The notes under the pieces were generated by a model. That model did not search any database. It saw only the letters and a list, made by a program, of their open reading frames with translations, and was not told the DNA's origin. A stretch of DNA of 64,000 nucleotides from Eledone cirrhosa (lineage: Eukaryota): positions 185,690,001 to 185,754,000 of the forward strand of contig OZ024740.1 of assembly GCA_964016885.1 (NCBI GenBank). Reading direction: 5' to 3'. The translations under genes were made by a program, and so were the position numbers. Positions 13,349 to 28,574 of the stretch are shown here, one piece after another. Position 1 is the stretch's first letter; each line of letters opens with the position of its first letter.

Positions 13349-16300
13349 ATGATTTGAACACAACTTTGATAATTGTCTAATCTATTTTCCTGCTCTGTAA
13401 AACAACTGAAGTTCTTACAATGTTTTATTTCTCTTACTGGTAATAAGGTAGTAGGAAATTTCTGACCGTTCCTGTTTATAGTTGTTTATAGTATATACAT
13501 AACTATAAATAGTATTATTATTATTATATACATACATATATTGATACATACATATACGAGGATAGCTGCAACTCGATTTCAAGGAATACCATAGCTTGAT
13601 ACATAATCATGAGCATCACGTATGTGGCTTTTTGGTCTTGCTAGGGACTTGCCTATGGCCAGCAATAATATGCATCGAAGCATTGTCATATATCCAGTGA
13701 TGCCTGTGCTTGAATCGTTTGTAAGTGAAGAAAGGCTTTGCACGCGCTCAATACCACTCTCTAATTGAAAGCATTTACATTGACAGCATTTACCTAAAAA
13801 AAACTAGTGTACATCATTGGATGCAAACGAAGTCCCAGGTTTTATATCAGAGTGACCTTCTCCGATGTCTTAATGAAGACTAAGAATCTTTGCTTGACGA
13901 AAAAAAAAAAAGAAAAACCTTTATTAGAAATCCGTTGACTCTCCTGAATTATTCCGCCCTTTGGCGGATTTTGTTTTTCATGCTGCGGAGTGTCAAAACT
14001 CACCCTCCTCACTCTACATACAACCATCCATCCATATATTCATTCATAAATGCTTACACACACACTATCCAAGTCTATAATTTGACACTTCCCTGGTTTC
14101 CCTCAGTTGGGCAAATTCGTACACCACACCCCTTCTGGCGAAGCGAAAATTGTAATAACAATATAGCTATCTATTTATATTTTTGTAATATATATCACTA
14201 CTTCATATGTAAATAAAAATGAATTTTAATGAGTATACCTATTACAGATATACTTTGATAAATATCAATTATAAGTAAACAACATATACGATAAATTATT
14301 GATATGTGAAGTAAAACTGAAGATTTTATAACATTGTGTTTGGGTTTATTGCTAATGGGGTCATTATGAAAATTGCTTAAGAGAAAATATTGTCTTGATT
14401 ATAAAGATAGGTATCATCTGATACTGTAATATGAAATAATTGAACTGTTCGTTATGGCTTCTCTTCGCGAGACTCACCTTTCAATTTGATAGTATGTTTA
14501 AGAATTTCTTAATATAAATGCTTTTCATTTAGTAACTGAAGTCTGTTGAAATGCAATTATATTTCCCGTTATCTCAGTATCAGATATAGATAATAATTTG
14601 TGATACATTGACGAGTAACTAGGTATCTGCTGCGACCAAGGTTTAACAATGTTAGCGAGAGAATTCATGTTTCATTAACATAACCTTGTATATGTTTCAG
14701 GTGTGAGGTATAAACATACCATTAACAATTTGCTTACGTCATCCTATTTCATCAGGTTATATTGCTACATTATATCTGCTGGTGCTTCTTAAGTGTAAGG
14801 TGCAATCAAAGATAGAGAAGGTGAATATTTCTACTTATGGTTCATATTATGCCAGTGGGGTTACACTTAATCTCAAATAATGATACAGTACATATGCATC
14901 TTATTATATTTTAATACCAAATAATTCATATATTAGTTATGACTTCCCATAAGGTGATTACTGTTATATTAGGTAGTACGCTTATACATTGCCATCAGAA
15001 ATGAGTTCAGGTGATCGTGTTAATTCCTCAGGTAAATACAAACTAAACATTGAACAGATTAGTAGCGCACATAGCTCAAAATATCGACAATTCTAGCAAT
15101 TGATGCGTGTTGAGATTGCTTGTAACACTGGGTTTAAAGTTATATTATATATAATAGGGAAGAGAAGGTTCGTCTAATATAGAACGAATTTCAGGATATA
15201 AATATAAATTTGCGTGCCTTCAACGTCTCCAAAGGAGCGAAAAGGTTTCTACATATCGATTTTAGGTATACACGTATGGTCATGTATGTTTAGGCGTTTG
15301 TCTGTGGAAACTTGTGCATGTGTTTGTGTGTGTTATTAGCCTAAACGTTTGAATCTGTCATATTATTATGGGGACTACTTATGCTAGTTACTATATCTTT
15401 GATGTATATATACAGCACAGGAAATCTACATGCTTGTATGGTTGACTTCCTTGTGATGTACTATAAAATACAGGTCCCTGAAGTGAATGTCACATTACCT
15501 TCCAGCAGTAGCATCTTGTTTCGTCTCAGTTCTAAATATCTGAATTGCAAACAATTAGTGAATCACTTCGTAATATCCGTTTAAATAAGATTCAACGCTA
15601 ATATCAAATATTCAGTGGCGTGAGTTCCTGATGCGTCTTAAGTTCAGACGGAAATGCTTTCAGATTTTCAAGTGAGAATATATGAGAGTGTGTATATATT
15701 CTGTTAATCTCTCATTCCAGGTTAAATGTTTAAATATATATATAATTGGTTCAGATATTACCATAGTTTCGTAAGAAAAATTACAGCTATATTGCAATCA
15801 ATTATTTTTTGTTCTTGATGTGTTCCTGAATCGCCGAAAATACAGTCCATTAATATTGACGGACAGAATTCACCGAATTAATATGAATAATAAGCATCAC
15901 ATATTTATATATTCATATACAGCAATTATTTGTTTCCAGGATTTATAAAAACACATCAGCCGTCAGTTAAGATTTACTTTAATTCAAGTTATTACATGTT
16001 CTTCGTTGCGGGCTGATTTACTTTAGTTGTCTCAGAATAAAACCTTTTATCAGAACCGCCATCTATATTCTTGTGATGGCTTTATTTAAAAGAATTTAAG
16101 TATGATGCCTGTTGGCATGTTTGTCTTCCTGCTGTCTACAGTTGGCGAAGTACGCAGGCTTATAAGTAAAGATTAGATAAGAATGTTCAAGGATAAACAC
16201 TTAAGCGAGTTATGAAATATTCTGATATATTTCCATTAATAATCTTGTCTGTAAAATATTGTTAAGGAAGTTTCGTATACGAGTAGAAGCACATAGCCTT

Positions 16301-18269
16301 TGGGATTTGGAACTAAGTCCACTAGCTAATACTCCTGGTATTTACATACATCTGCCTGCATGTGTATGTATTATATTTACAAATAATATACGAATATCAG
16401 TCAGCAATATCTATTTCATTAATACATCATACATGGCAGAATCGGCTAACTCAATGATGGCCGATTACTTTCTTTATTAATATAAATAAAAGGTCGAGTG
16501 AGGGCATATGCGACCAAATTCCTATATGCTGATATGTAAATACGGAAAAAAATATGGATAGTAAAATAAAGCGATACAAAGAAAGTATGACGTATGTGGA
16601 CAATATAACTACTGGAATACGAAACTGAATCTAAATGTACTCAGGATTGTAATGCTCTAATAGTAGTATATATTCGGATTATATTTCAATATATTATTTA
16701 TATATGGCTAGCTAACATCATTGTGTCTATAACTTGATTATGTACTAAATCCATTCTTAACTGAAGCCACGTTATTTCATATACACTCTTGATACCCTTG
16801 AGAAATAATCGACGTAAGAATATTGCACTTACTATTATGAATCAGAGACCTATACACACAAATGGATATTTGATTTGTTTTCATCAAGAATACTGCATCA
16901 AGTTTAATCAGTAAGTTAAATATAGTATGTATAAAATGTTATGAATATATACACGTGAGAATATGAAATTGTTGTTGGTTATTTTAATGGTGTGGGTTAT
17001 TTTAATTCAATGCAGCTTTCTGATGACAGATAAGCACTACAAATTATTTAGTCTGAAAAAGGGTTTCATAACAAATGCATTCTTATATTTTAATCCTACA
17101 GCAATATATGAAACAGAAATGAGTGAAATAACATAATTACAAATTACTCTTCTAAGAATAATCAAATAAATGTTTTTTTGTCAATGCTTACAATGGCTGA
17201 TTAGATGAAAATCCCTATATCATATAAACATTCAAGCAAGTGCATAACGGTTACCAAAATACTGAAAAATCAAACTAAATTCTATATACCAAATACACCT
17301 TGAGTGAGACTGCAATTTTACAAACTGGATTTCTATTCGTAACAATCCACTTAACAATGTTAAATTAGTTTGATATTGGCCAATGAGCTAAAGAATAATT
17401 ATATAATTCCTGTTTGGAAATTAACGTATATGTATCTATTTATTCACCACACTGTATAACTGCACCTCACATATTTTTAGTTTAGTGTTGTATATTTACT
17501 TCACTTCCTTTTCATACATTTAAGAACCTCTGTTAAGTCACACACACAAGGATCTATTAATTCTTAACAGACGAATCCTATTGATATAGAGAATCATGGC
17601 CTTATTTTTGATGACCACATCACTCATCAAATTCAGACAATGTTCATACTTTATTCAAATAAATGGACCAGTAAATATCGAGGCATGTGCACTTTAGTTG
17701 TTTGTATTCTTTCGCTATTTTTATTATTTTCATGAATATACAGTCCCTGGTATTACTCTTCCTCCTTTAGATATTATGTATATTTTTGTTTACAGATATA
17801 GATTAATATCGGAATTGAGTGATAGCAGATTATATTGTTAAATGTAGAAATAATTAAGGGATGAAGAGAAATAAGTATATTTTATGGATGTAAAATATGC
17901 ATTCGGTATATAAGCATACCTCTAACATGTATATTTATTTGAATTAACATACAAATAAGTGAGGTATTTTTTCACTTGTTTCTTTCCTTTTACACATTAT
18001 AATTTAATTAAAAATCCTAATAACTAAATAAAGTGGAATTCACTAAGAAGATATCACGTGATATGCCTAGCATTTAATACTTCCAAATTAACATCAATTC
18101 AACCGCAGACCTAAGCAATCAATCCAGAAACTCTGTCTTACTTTACTACATAATAATTCAACGACGTCATCCATTCCCAATATTCTGTCCAAAATGTATT
18201 TCGACTTATTGATGTAATCAATATATATTATTGGTTAAGTTCAATATTCATATATAACTGACCTATGAG

Positions 18270-18520
18270 ATATATTTGTTGATGGTGGTCTAGAAGAGGG
18301 ATCTCTGGCCGTGGCCTTCACATGCAATCTGAAATCGGTGGAATTGACGTTGTCGAGGCTTATTTCGAATAAATGCAACTTAACGACTTCAGGAAAAGAA
18401 TATCATTTCAGAAGAATGAGAGGAGGGAAGTAGTTAGAACGAATTGACAGTAAGAAGACAATATCGATGACAAGACGAGACATCGACGAACAAAGACGAG
18501 CATTTCAAGAGTACCCAAGT
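18270..18520 (+). pseudogene. Highly decayed Tc1/mariner-type transposase C-terminus
   Basis: Across frameshifts: WSRRG..WPS..NLKSVELTL (cf. WIGRG..WPPRSPDLTPLDF), LNDFRKRI, DEHFK (cf. GGHFE). Confidence 0.4.
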
Positions 18521-19249
18521 AAAAGTGAGACTTACTAGTTCTGACAAACAGAGGCAACATATGGACGTAAGCGGAAGAAGTACAATACTCTAATGATTCT
18601 CTGTTTAATCTTGCGATATATTTTAACAAACTATTTCAGCACTGTGATCCTGTGCAATATCTAACATACATCGTTTAAATATATGCATCTTCTGAGTTTA
18701 GATTATGTTACATATAATTCCCAAAGTATGTATGATGGCATCAATAGCGTTGCATGATGACCAACACTATTAATTGAATTCAGTAATGTAAACCCAAGTT
18801 TATTCTCACATATATCACTAATACTTATCTGAATATAAGATCGACACGCACATTTATCGAATTGTAGTATTATTGTCAGTTTTGAAGTTATAGATTACTA
18901 AATTAACCGGCTGCACTGAAGAAACAGTTAATTTCTCAGAGATAAATATGATTATAAGTGTCAAATAAAGACTGTAGAATAGATTGGGCTTCTCTAATAT
19001 TTCAATCCAACTATAAATCTTGAATAATTCTTTTAATACCTATTGTCGCTAAAAATACAAAATAAAATTCAATTGGATTTCTAGTTATTTTAATTAGTAC
19101 AACCAACACTCATTGGATATATATGCAAAAGATTTAAGATATATGTTAATGTTGTTTTAGTATTTCAATATATTATTTTACTCTCAAAACGTTAATGCCA
19201 GAAGCAATAAAATCATCAGTTGAAATCTCGCCGAGTTCAATTTCCTTAT

Positions 19250-20440
19250 CATCCTTCATCCATGCCAGCCTCTTTGCATCGTCCAAGGTGACGTCGAGCC
19301 TCTGGAGATTTTCTGTGATGGCATCTAGCTCTTTCAGTCTGTAGTTGCTGCGTCAAACGAGAGTAAAGTTTTGGTAGCAGGATCTGGCGGCATATGGAGG
19401 ACATGTCCGTACAAGTGCATGCCGCAGATGGCTATGAAGAGAAAGGCTCTGGGCTGATGTCTCCACAAACACAACACTTTGTTGGAAACGTGGTGATATA
19501 TTCCGATGTTCTCGATAGTCTTCAGGCCTTTGCTATAGAAGCTGTCTGTCCTATTTACCATGGTCTTTCTGGGAGGCCACGCTTCTGCTCCATATATGAG
19601 AACAGCGAAGAGGGACACAATGTAGATACGGAGCCTCGTCTTCCGAGACATAGAGCAATGGCACCAAGGAGGATTTTTTAGGGAGTGCATGACCTCGACA
19701 GGCAGAACTCAACTGCGGTTAATTTCTGAGGCCATGTCTCCTTTGTTGGTGACTGTCCATCTCACGTAAATGAAGGAGCTGACGAACCCCATGACGTCGG
19801 GACCAATATGAAGTGGGGGAGGATCACTGCCAAAGCCGACATGCAACAGCTTGGTCTTGGCTCAGTTCACCTGAAGATCAGACTTTGCTGATTCCTCTTC
19901 GTCAGTTCGTCCCTGAGCAGATCGATCGAATTGCTGAAAAGGGTGCTGTCGGCCATACACTGTGGGCTGGTAAGTTGGTAGTTCCCGAAGGTATCACCAG
20001 AAGCTCGCTCACGGGCCTTGGACATCAGATAGTCGATGACACAATTGAAGAAATGGGGGTAAGTACACAACTCTGTCTGACTGTTGTTGGGGAACAAGTC
20101 GAATTATTTCCCGTTCACCAGCATGCAACACTCGGCACTGCTATAAAGCCTTCGGAACAGGTTAGCGATGTTGGGAGGCGAGCCGATGAGCTTGAGAATT
20201 TTCCAGAAGAATGCATGGTCGACCATATCCAATGTAGCCTTGAGGTCGACGAAAGCGATGCAGAGGCGGTGATGTCAGTGGAACTCATGAGATCTTTCAA
20301 TAATGACACGATGTCCAGAAATGTGATCGGCGGCAGTTCGATTTGGCATGAAACCGTCTTGATATGGGCAAAATCTGCTTTTAATGGTGAGAAAGGCACG
20401 GCCGAAGAAGATCATGGTGTAAAGCTTTCTAGGAGTGTGA
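19250..20440 (-). pseudogene. RTE-like LINE RT/C-terminal fragment
   Basis: FVDLKATLDMVDH-type motif, KTRLRIYIVSLFAVLIYGAEAW, LYGHVLHMPPD; many disruptions. Confidence 0.75.
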
Positions 20441-20454
20441 GAATATGATAGAGA

Positions 20455-20950
20455 ACAATTGACCCCAGTACTAGACTCGTACTTTTATCTCGACCTTGAA
20501 TGGATGAAAGGCAAAGGTGACCTCGGCGGAATCTGAACTCACAGAGCAGAAAGCGGAAACGGACAGGGTGGTGATCTTGAGAAGCGCGCTATATAAACCT
20601 CTATGTCTTTAAATTTATTTAGTAATTATCTCAATACTATTTTAGTAAGTATAATTCATGTCATGCCTTACTGTTGAGTTTTAATTATATGGAAACATAT
20701 TTGGGAAGAGATGTCTTCGTTTTTCTCGAAAGAGCCCAACTAAATAACAATGACAAATATAGTATTCGGATTAGCATGTTTACACTAGTTGCATTAGGCC
20801 TAGAATAATCAGAGTCGTTAGAATGTTGGATAGAATGCTTAGCGGTATTCGTTTCAGCTATCTGAGTTCAAATTCATCTTGGGTCACCTTTGCCTTTCAT
20901 CCATCCAAGGTCAATAAAAAATAGTATGAGTCTAGTACTGGTGTCGACTT
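20455..20950. mobile_element. Two SINE remnants (20455-20545 minus; 20800-20950 plus)
   Basis: ggatgaaaggcaaaggtgacctcggcggaatctgaactc, and ctgagttcaaatt...ctttgcctttcatcc. Confidence 0.7.
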
Positions 20951-22388
20951 TTCCTCTCTATCTTCATCTCACTTCCATCCCCTCACTGTCTATCCTTCTC
21001 TGGAAGAAATCTGCTGTATTCATACCTGGAGAGGAGATGGGCTCCGCTAGGTTTAAAATATATGCTCTAGAAACCCCGTATGTAAATACGGTGCCCCTAT
21101 GTGTCAATCAGTTATAATGGGACTATACTTGAATAATGTTTCTTGTAGAAGTTTAAATGATAGTCGAAACGGAATATCGCATAAGACGTCTTGAATAAAA
21201 ATATGTGTATATACGAATGTGATTATTATGGATTATATTCCCTGATTTAAACGTTTACTTTTTAACGAAAATGAATGCTTTATACCTTTTTATTAGTAAT
21301 AAATTATTACTAACCTTCGTTATTATTACTAACCTTTTTATTAGTAATAAATTATTACTAACCTTCGTTAGTAATAAATAATCGGAAGATAGACCCCCAG
21401 GAAGGGTGCAATAGCAGCAGGATTACTACTACAACCACTAACAATCATTGGTTAGATTGAAAATGAATAGCGTGAATAAGAAACGCCCTGTCCTAATAAC
21501 GATAGTAGCCACATTTCTATGAACAACATATTACAACATTGAATAATCCAACATCTGATATACGTACCTCAAGATGAAGGATATGGTCACGGCTGGAAAT
21601 CATTTTACTTAGCTCTTCTGTAACATGTGTGATGGGTGAATTGAATGACAGCAATATCTAAACCAAGTATATTGTACGTAATATTCTCAACTCATTCGGC
21701 AGCTAATTCCCTGTACGAAAATTGAATTATAGGTAATTAGAATTAATGGATGTTCTCAGAAATATAATGAAATTCTTGCATTAACCTCTTATTTCGGAAT
21801 AACTACGTTTATTTTATAACGTATATATTATAATTGTATATATTATGCTCATGAATAAATAACTGCTTTGCTTACGACCGGACACGAACGTGGATCTTTA
21901 TTACACTTTATGGATTAATAGGTAGTTAATAGTGTTATTTATAGCCGAAGCAGTATTATTTGAAAATAGTCTTTGAACAACACACTCAATCAAACTATTC
22001 CCCACATACTGCTCTCTCCGCTACATACCTTATCTCAAATACAAGAGAACATCAACAGCATGGCAACAGTTTTATAAACTTATTTTATTGCTGCAGGTGA
22101 GAATTCGTCTCAGTTTGCCAAATTCCATTAAAGTTATCAATATTATGTAATTGTTTTCCCTGTATACTTTATCTTCTTCGCTTCATTATACTATGGTTTT
22201 TTTTCAACCTCAAACGTCGATATAATCGATTTTCGTCTTTACTGTTCCTTTCATATTCATCAGAGAATGTTTTAATTCTTTAAAAGCGTGTCACATACAA
22301 GCACTTCTTCTCTATATGTTATTATTCATAAGGGTTCGAAAGTAGGAAAAACATATTTTTTTTAATGTGATTTGATAATGAAAGATAC

Positions 22389-23235
22389 CTTATAGTGAGT
22401 AGCAAACCTATACAGGCCGAGTTGAGATGAAAGTGGCCATAATGCTTGAAATGATATTTCCTCATATTGTTGCTTTAAGTAATATAATGCAAATGCAGTA
22501 CAGAATATCTATATTCTTGTTTTTTCTTTGTTACCAATATGTTTCATACCAGCAGCTTTGAGATACCATTATATTTTGTTACAAGTCTGAGAGGCAATTA
22601 AGGACGAATATGTTCTAACGGCAAATGAATAAAATGAATTTATTTGATACATACGAGAGGTATATCAACATATATACTGATTGAAGGAACAAAAAAAAGT
22701 AGCTGGCTTTGATCTGTAAGTGCGTATGCTCGACCACATTCCAAGAACAAAACATAAAAAACAAATATTAAAATATTTTGCGAAAAAATGAAATAAGGTT
22801 TTTTTCGTTGCAAGTCATCTCCTCAATTACACTTAGAAACTTATGGAAACTTGTCTTCTTGAACATGCTTTGAACGAATATATCAAGTATACTTTTCATT
22901 TCATTATGGGAGATTACTTCCGATATAGGATACAATGACATCTTACGTTCCACGATGATTTTCAACATGGTGGTCTCCTTTGATTTCAGCTTGATGTATA
23001 TTCCTGTGATGATTTCCTAAGTGTATAGGTATGTTTGCATACACATCGCTGTAATTTCCTACAATGTATATATGTCTAGTTTAACAAGTAACATATACAC
23101 ATTCATATATATATATACATACACACACATATATATATATATATATATCGGGAGGTATGGTGTATGTGTATATGTGAGTATATAAGCGTGTGTACACACA
23201 TACATACACACACACTCAAACATATATATACATGT

Positions 23236-23275
<40 letters not shown>

Positions 23276-23971
23276 TCATGTTAATACTACTTTTGTTATT
23301 AATATTACTAGTTATAATTGAGAGTGCTTTTTTTTTCTGATAAGGTACATTGTCGTTATTCTGCTCATATCTAATTACGAATTCTCATTTAAATTTCTAT
23401 CTTAAATCTCTTTCCGATATATCAATAATGAGTATATTTTTAATACACACTGCTAGCACTAAAATAATTAGTTCACACGGAGATATATTAATTACATTTA
23501 CATTTCATTACTTTCATTTATCATTTGTCAATCTTGTATTTTCGAGTATTCAGTAAAGAACGAGACGCATCTTTATTCAATTAACAAACCTTGATTATTG
23601 ATATAAACCTTATACGCAGCCTCCTTATATAAGGCGTGGGCGTTTGTACTGATTGAAACTGTTATGTTTAATTTTCATTCTAAATTAGTCTTGTATCTTT
23701 TTTAGTCGATCAATTACAGTATTTATTTCAATCCAATACTAAATGTTCAACAAAAGAAACACCATTTTTTTTTAGTTATGCACACGCATATAAACAGAAA
23801 GAAAGACACATAGTACACCAAACACAGCAAAAATAAAATAACTGAATATCTATACAAACACTTTCCAACCCCTGCAGAGAGCATCGCACAGCACTGAGCC
23901 TTTTAAACAAATGAATTCTACACTCACGTTCCTCCACCATGGTCCACGCGCAGCTGTATAACATCTGGCTC
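22389..23971 (-). CDS. Candidate short host-gene exons (23971-23928, 23016-22947, possibly 22444-22389)
   Basis: ttag|44 nt|gtgagt, ttag|70 nt|gtaaga and caag|56 nt|gtatct splice in frame to ...ARCYTAARGPWWRNEIITGIYIKLKSKETTMLKIIVEPLWPLSSQLGLYRFATHYK. Product not recognised. Confidence 0.3.
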
Positions 23972-24063
23972 CTAACATTAAGTACGAATAAAAAATGCTG
24001 CCAAATGATATCAGATTAAATGTAGCAAGGACGAATTTTATAGACCGCAGTTTTAACTGCTTA

Positions 24064-24170
24064 AGGCACGTGGCTTAATGGTTAGAGATTTGGTTTCACA
24101 GTCACGGGGTTGCGAGTTCGAATACCGGAGCAAGTGATGAAAGGCATTTTATTTCACGTTGCTCTTTCTG
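24064..24170 (+). mobile_element. tRNA-derived SINE head (pseudo-tRNA)
   Basis: A-box tggcttaatgg and B-box gagttcgaatacc, but no clean acceptor stem. Confidence 0.55.
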
Positions 24171-24529
24171 CCGGGAGGTGCGGCCAGTAGATTACTATCA
24201 GAAATAGAAAGACAAATGGAATTATACTTAACTGGGCCGATTAGAAGTGTTCCAACGCACTCGGTAGGCAAAATATTATTTTGTGAGATTCGGCTTTTAG
24301 TGTAAGCATGTCGATAAACAAAACGAAGGCCCTGCGGGACTACGTACGGTTTATTTCTTTTAATCCAGTTAGTAAAATAAGTTGGATTACTTTGAATAAA
24401 TAATGAATGAATATGGGAGGGTTAAACAAGTATAAGGTTTTATTTATTTATTAACTCTTTATTTATTTATTAACTCTTTTTTTAAAAACTCATATTGTAT
24501 AATGGTTACAGAACGAAAACACTAACAAA

Positions 24530-24845
24530 TATAATTGATTCTACTTTTGGCAAAAGGCCTGCAATTATCCCAGTGTATTACTGGTAGTTTATTTTATCGA
24601 CCCCGTAAGTCTGAAAGGCAAAGTTAACCTCGGTGGGATTTGAACTGAGATATTAAAGGGCCGTAACTCTATGCTGCAAAGCATGGCATCCAACTCTCTA
24701 CCGATACTGCCAATCCACCACCCTTTTAATAATTGTTAAACGTAACGATGAAAGGCAAAGTTAACTTTGATGGGATTTGAACTCAGACCGTAAAGGGACG
24801 TAACTATGCTGGAAAGCATGGCGTCCGACCCTCTACCGATACTGT
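24530..24845 (-). mobile_element. Two main-family SINE copies (24530-24722 full; 24747-24845 5' part)
   Basis: Reverse complements of the SINE at 6828-7009. Confidence 0.88.
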
Positions 24846-24899
24846 CAATTCAATATAATATATACAAAGGAAACGAAAAGGAAAAAAAAGAAAGAGAAA

Positions 24900-25462
24900 A
24901 ATACACAAGCACGTAATACACACATCTTAGACCACATGTAACAAAATGCAGAGGAAAGAGTGGTAAACAAGCCTCTACCAGAGCAAAAGATAGCAATATA
25001 GCGAGGAGCACTGGGATACCTCTCTAATACTTTTTGAGGCATGCCAGCACGCTCGCAGCGTTACCTGGGTTGATGGCGACGCTGAGGTACTGGAACAAGT
25101 AATTGCCCTCATGAGCATCACCAGTTACCTATGTTTGGCGAGCCACCAGTGAAGGTAAGAATCTCGCTGTCCGTAGCCCGACTCCCCCAAAAGTCTCGAA
25201 CGCCACAGGCTGGATATTGTAGTTAGCTGACAGATCACGTTATTTTAGGATTTTGTTCCGTTGAGCTGCGGATGCTGTAGCCCTCGCCTTACCGCTGCAT
25301 CCAGAATGTGAGAAGAAGCAAAAGAGTCACTAACTGTGATATCCCAGGAAAAAGCCTCTTGACCAGGAGCACAGTAAGACCGTCAAGATTTTTCCCATCA
25401 ATTCAGGGCAACCCAGATGGTTCCAAAATTGAGGGGATGTTTGCCCGGGCCAAAGCTCTTAA
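24900..25462 (-). pseudogene. CRE-clade non-LTR retrotransposon 3' fragment (RLE domain)
   Basis: RALARANIPSILEPSGLP*IDGKNLDGLT ... WDITVSDSFA ... PVAFETFGG ... TGDAHEGNYLFQYLSVAINPGNAASVLAC. Confidence 0.8.
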
Positions 25463-25689
25463 GTGGTAATAGGACAGTGTTTGTATGTGCGCGTGCATGA
25501 GTTTTGCGGCGTTCTTAAATTAGAAACACGTGTGTGTGTGTCACTGTGTTTAAGTTAGACGTGACATATATATGTGTGTATCCCTTTCCTTCCTTTTATA
25601 CACACATACATTCACGCAAACACTCATACACATTGCGTGATGGACGAGTGGGCAGATGTCCCTCAAATGTATATAAATGTGAAGGGAGT

Positions 25690-26290
25690 TCTACTGAAGC
25701 AGTTACAGAAGTTCAAGTATCTTGTAGCCGTGTACATGAGTGATGGAATGCAGGAGGCTGAATTAGGTGCAATAATTGCAAAAGCTGATGCAGTAATGCG
25801 CCAGCCTCAGCATTCAGCAATCAGAAGAAGGGGGTAGGTTTAAAAGCTAAACTTGCTGTCTTCCTGGTATTCCTGACAACGCTTACCGAGGATCATGAAT
25901 CTTGAATAATGTCCAAAAGAATAACATTGCAAATAAAAGTGGGAGAAATGGGATTCCTCCGAAGGGTCTTTGGAGTAACGTTACTCGATAAAGTGCATAG
26001 CTCAGAGACCAGAGAATCACTCCTGGTAGCGCCGCTACTTCTCCGAATTGAGAGATCACAACTCCGATATTATGAACATATGGTTAGAATGTCTCAGTAA
26101 AGAATCGTTGGACACATTTTACAGGCAAAACCAACCGGCAAGAGACCCAGTGGTAGACTCTGAGCAAGATAGTTGGATAACATCCAAGAGCTTGGCTGGT
26201 CACGCTTTGGGATCCAGCTGGATCAGTTAGAGATGTTTGCTACTGACAGACTCGCTGGAAGGAGTGTTTGAGAAGGACTCTGCCCCCACC
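25690..26290 (+). pseudogene. RTE (BovB/Expander-like) LINE 3' fragment
   Basis: QKFKYL, EMGFLRRVFGVTLLDKVHSSETRESL, RIERSQLRYYEHMVRM, PTGKRPSGR, LGWSRFGI. Confidence 0.85.
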
Positions 26291-27074
26291 ACACTCTCAG
26301 AAATAAGTGTGTGAAGAAGATATTGTCAATTTACATTTCAATTTATATATATCTATACGCATACATATTGGCGTATAATACCAATATGCACACCACAGAA
26401 GATAGCAGAAAACCGCCCAAAGGCGGTTTTTCTGATGGTAATGATAAATACTGTTATCAAAAAAATATTTTCTTTTAAATTTTAAGATTGTTTTAAATTT
26501 GAAGTTTTTGTGCAGCATCATTAAATATGTAAAATTGCTATCACCTTCGAAAGTACATTGCAATCTCGTTGAATGGGGAAGAAGCCGCCTCAAGTCTGTG
26601 TTTCGCTATCATCTTACATCAACCAATCAATATTACGTGTAATTCTCATTCACTGTTTTCATTGTAATTAACATATTCGAGTATTTAGTTAAAGACCAAA
26701 TCCATGACAATTAATCGCTTTCTCTATGTCATATTTTGGGAGTAATTACGTGAGGCTTCCAGAAATCACTAAACACCAATTTTATTGCTTGGACATGTCA
26801 TTCATAACTGCTCTCGAACGTTTTTCAAACTTTTAAAGTTTCAGTTATATAACGTTCTCTCGTGATACAGCTGTGTTCGAAGTAGGGCGTGTAATCACTG
26901 CATATAACTTGAATATGATTCGGGTAAATATGTTTCGAATATCAGAAAAAATTCATGCAGGCATGAGTGAGTTGTAAATATCTTCGATTGACTACAATAA
27001 GGTAGCGCATTCGGTCCTTATTTGTTCTATAACCTCGGGTTGACAAGTATATCACCGTATAGGTTTGATGTATA

Positions 27075-27315
<241 letters not shown>

Positions 27316-28574
27316 GAGTAGAGCGATAAAGAGAGGGGGAGAGAGAGGGATCATGTAAACATTATTTTGGTGAATAGGTGAGGAATTGGGGCTCACAGTA
27401 CATGTGAAGTTTGTGGTTTATGTAAAAAACCGCGTTCCACTGTGATCTTATCTAATAATAGCAATACTGTAAAACTCGAGTAGAAGGAAAGCAAATTATC
27501 TTTGAATGTGCCTGTCTGTGTAAGTGGGAGTGTGTATGTGCATGTGAGTATGTGTCTGTATCTGTAACAGCATAGCTTAGTAACAGGTGTATTCAACAAG
27601 TATTCAACCAAATACTCTCCTTTTATATCATTCCAGAATTTACATTTCGCATCTCGTGAGAACTAGGAAAGGAATGAGAGTCAATCTACTGACATCAATA
27701 GGTTTAACAAAAACCTTTATTCTGGAATGCTCTCAGTGTGTTATAAACCATTCATTTTATAAGCGTATTAGCAAATCCTCGTCATCAAGTCTTAGCATAA
27801 GAAAAGCTGTAGTAACTGAAATCTTTCTAACAGTTCAATGAAATTCTTTATGAAAAATATTTCAGTCGTCAAATTATAATTGCTTTATATTCTGTGCGTA
27901 AGACCTCTCTAGAGTTAGCCAAGATAGTGATTTGATTTATACCATGCCTTATAGTGTAAAATGATGTTACACTATGACACATTACGTTATATTTGCTTGA
28001 AGAATATTTCAATAAACGAATCGATTAATGTGAAGGAACGTCTATCCAATTTATTTCATGTTATATCAATAATGTTTTAAGGATATATTTCGATACAAAG
28101 ACAGAAAATATTCACTTCCTTTGCGACAAAATGAATTACTAAAACCTTATCATGTCAAAAAGAACTTTTGAAAAGATTTCTGTACTTACTTAAACTTTTT
28201 AAAAGTATACCTAACATTAAATATTTATGTATGATTTCAACAGCCGTAATTATATATGCTATTCATATATAGAGAGAGCTTCAATGCTCCTACCTCCACA
28301 CCTCTATTTCTATGGCACATGTTCTATTAACTAAGATAATGAGATATAAAATATAAGGAAACAGTATTTTCGTTAAAAAGTAACAGACGTATGGCTATTT
28401 AGTCGCTGTTCATAAAATACCTTCATATTCTTTAGTTGCCTTGTAAATACTAAGTGAACTACTGTAAATAAAATAATTGTATCCTGTTGTAATGTTTCAC
28501 TAAGGTATGTGTGTGTGTGTGTGTCCCTAGAAATAGCATTGCATAAACTAAAGTAGTACATACGATCGAAAAAA

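Noticed and set aside
19813-20448. 211-aa plus-strand ORF
   Set aside because: Antisense shadow of a decayed RTE-like RT.
22020-22102. Plus-strand first exon ending at cag|gtgaga
   Set aside because: The ATG frame stops after five codons, and there is no other support.
24064-24135. tRNA gene
   Set aside because: A/B boxes are present but the cloverleaf stems are broken and the sequence continues into a SINE-like body.
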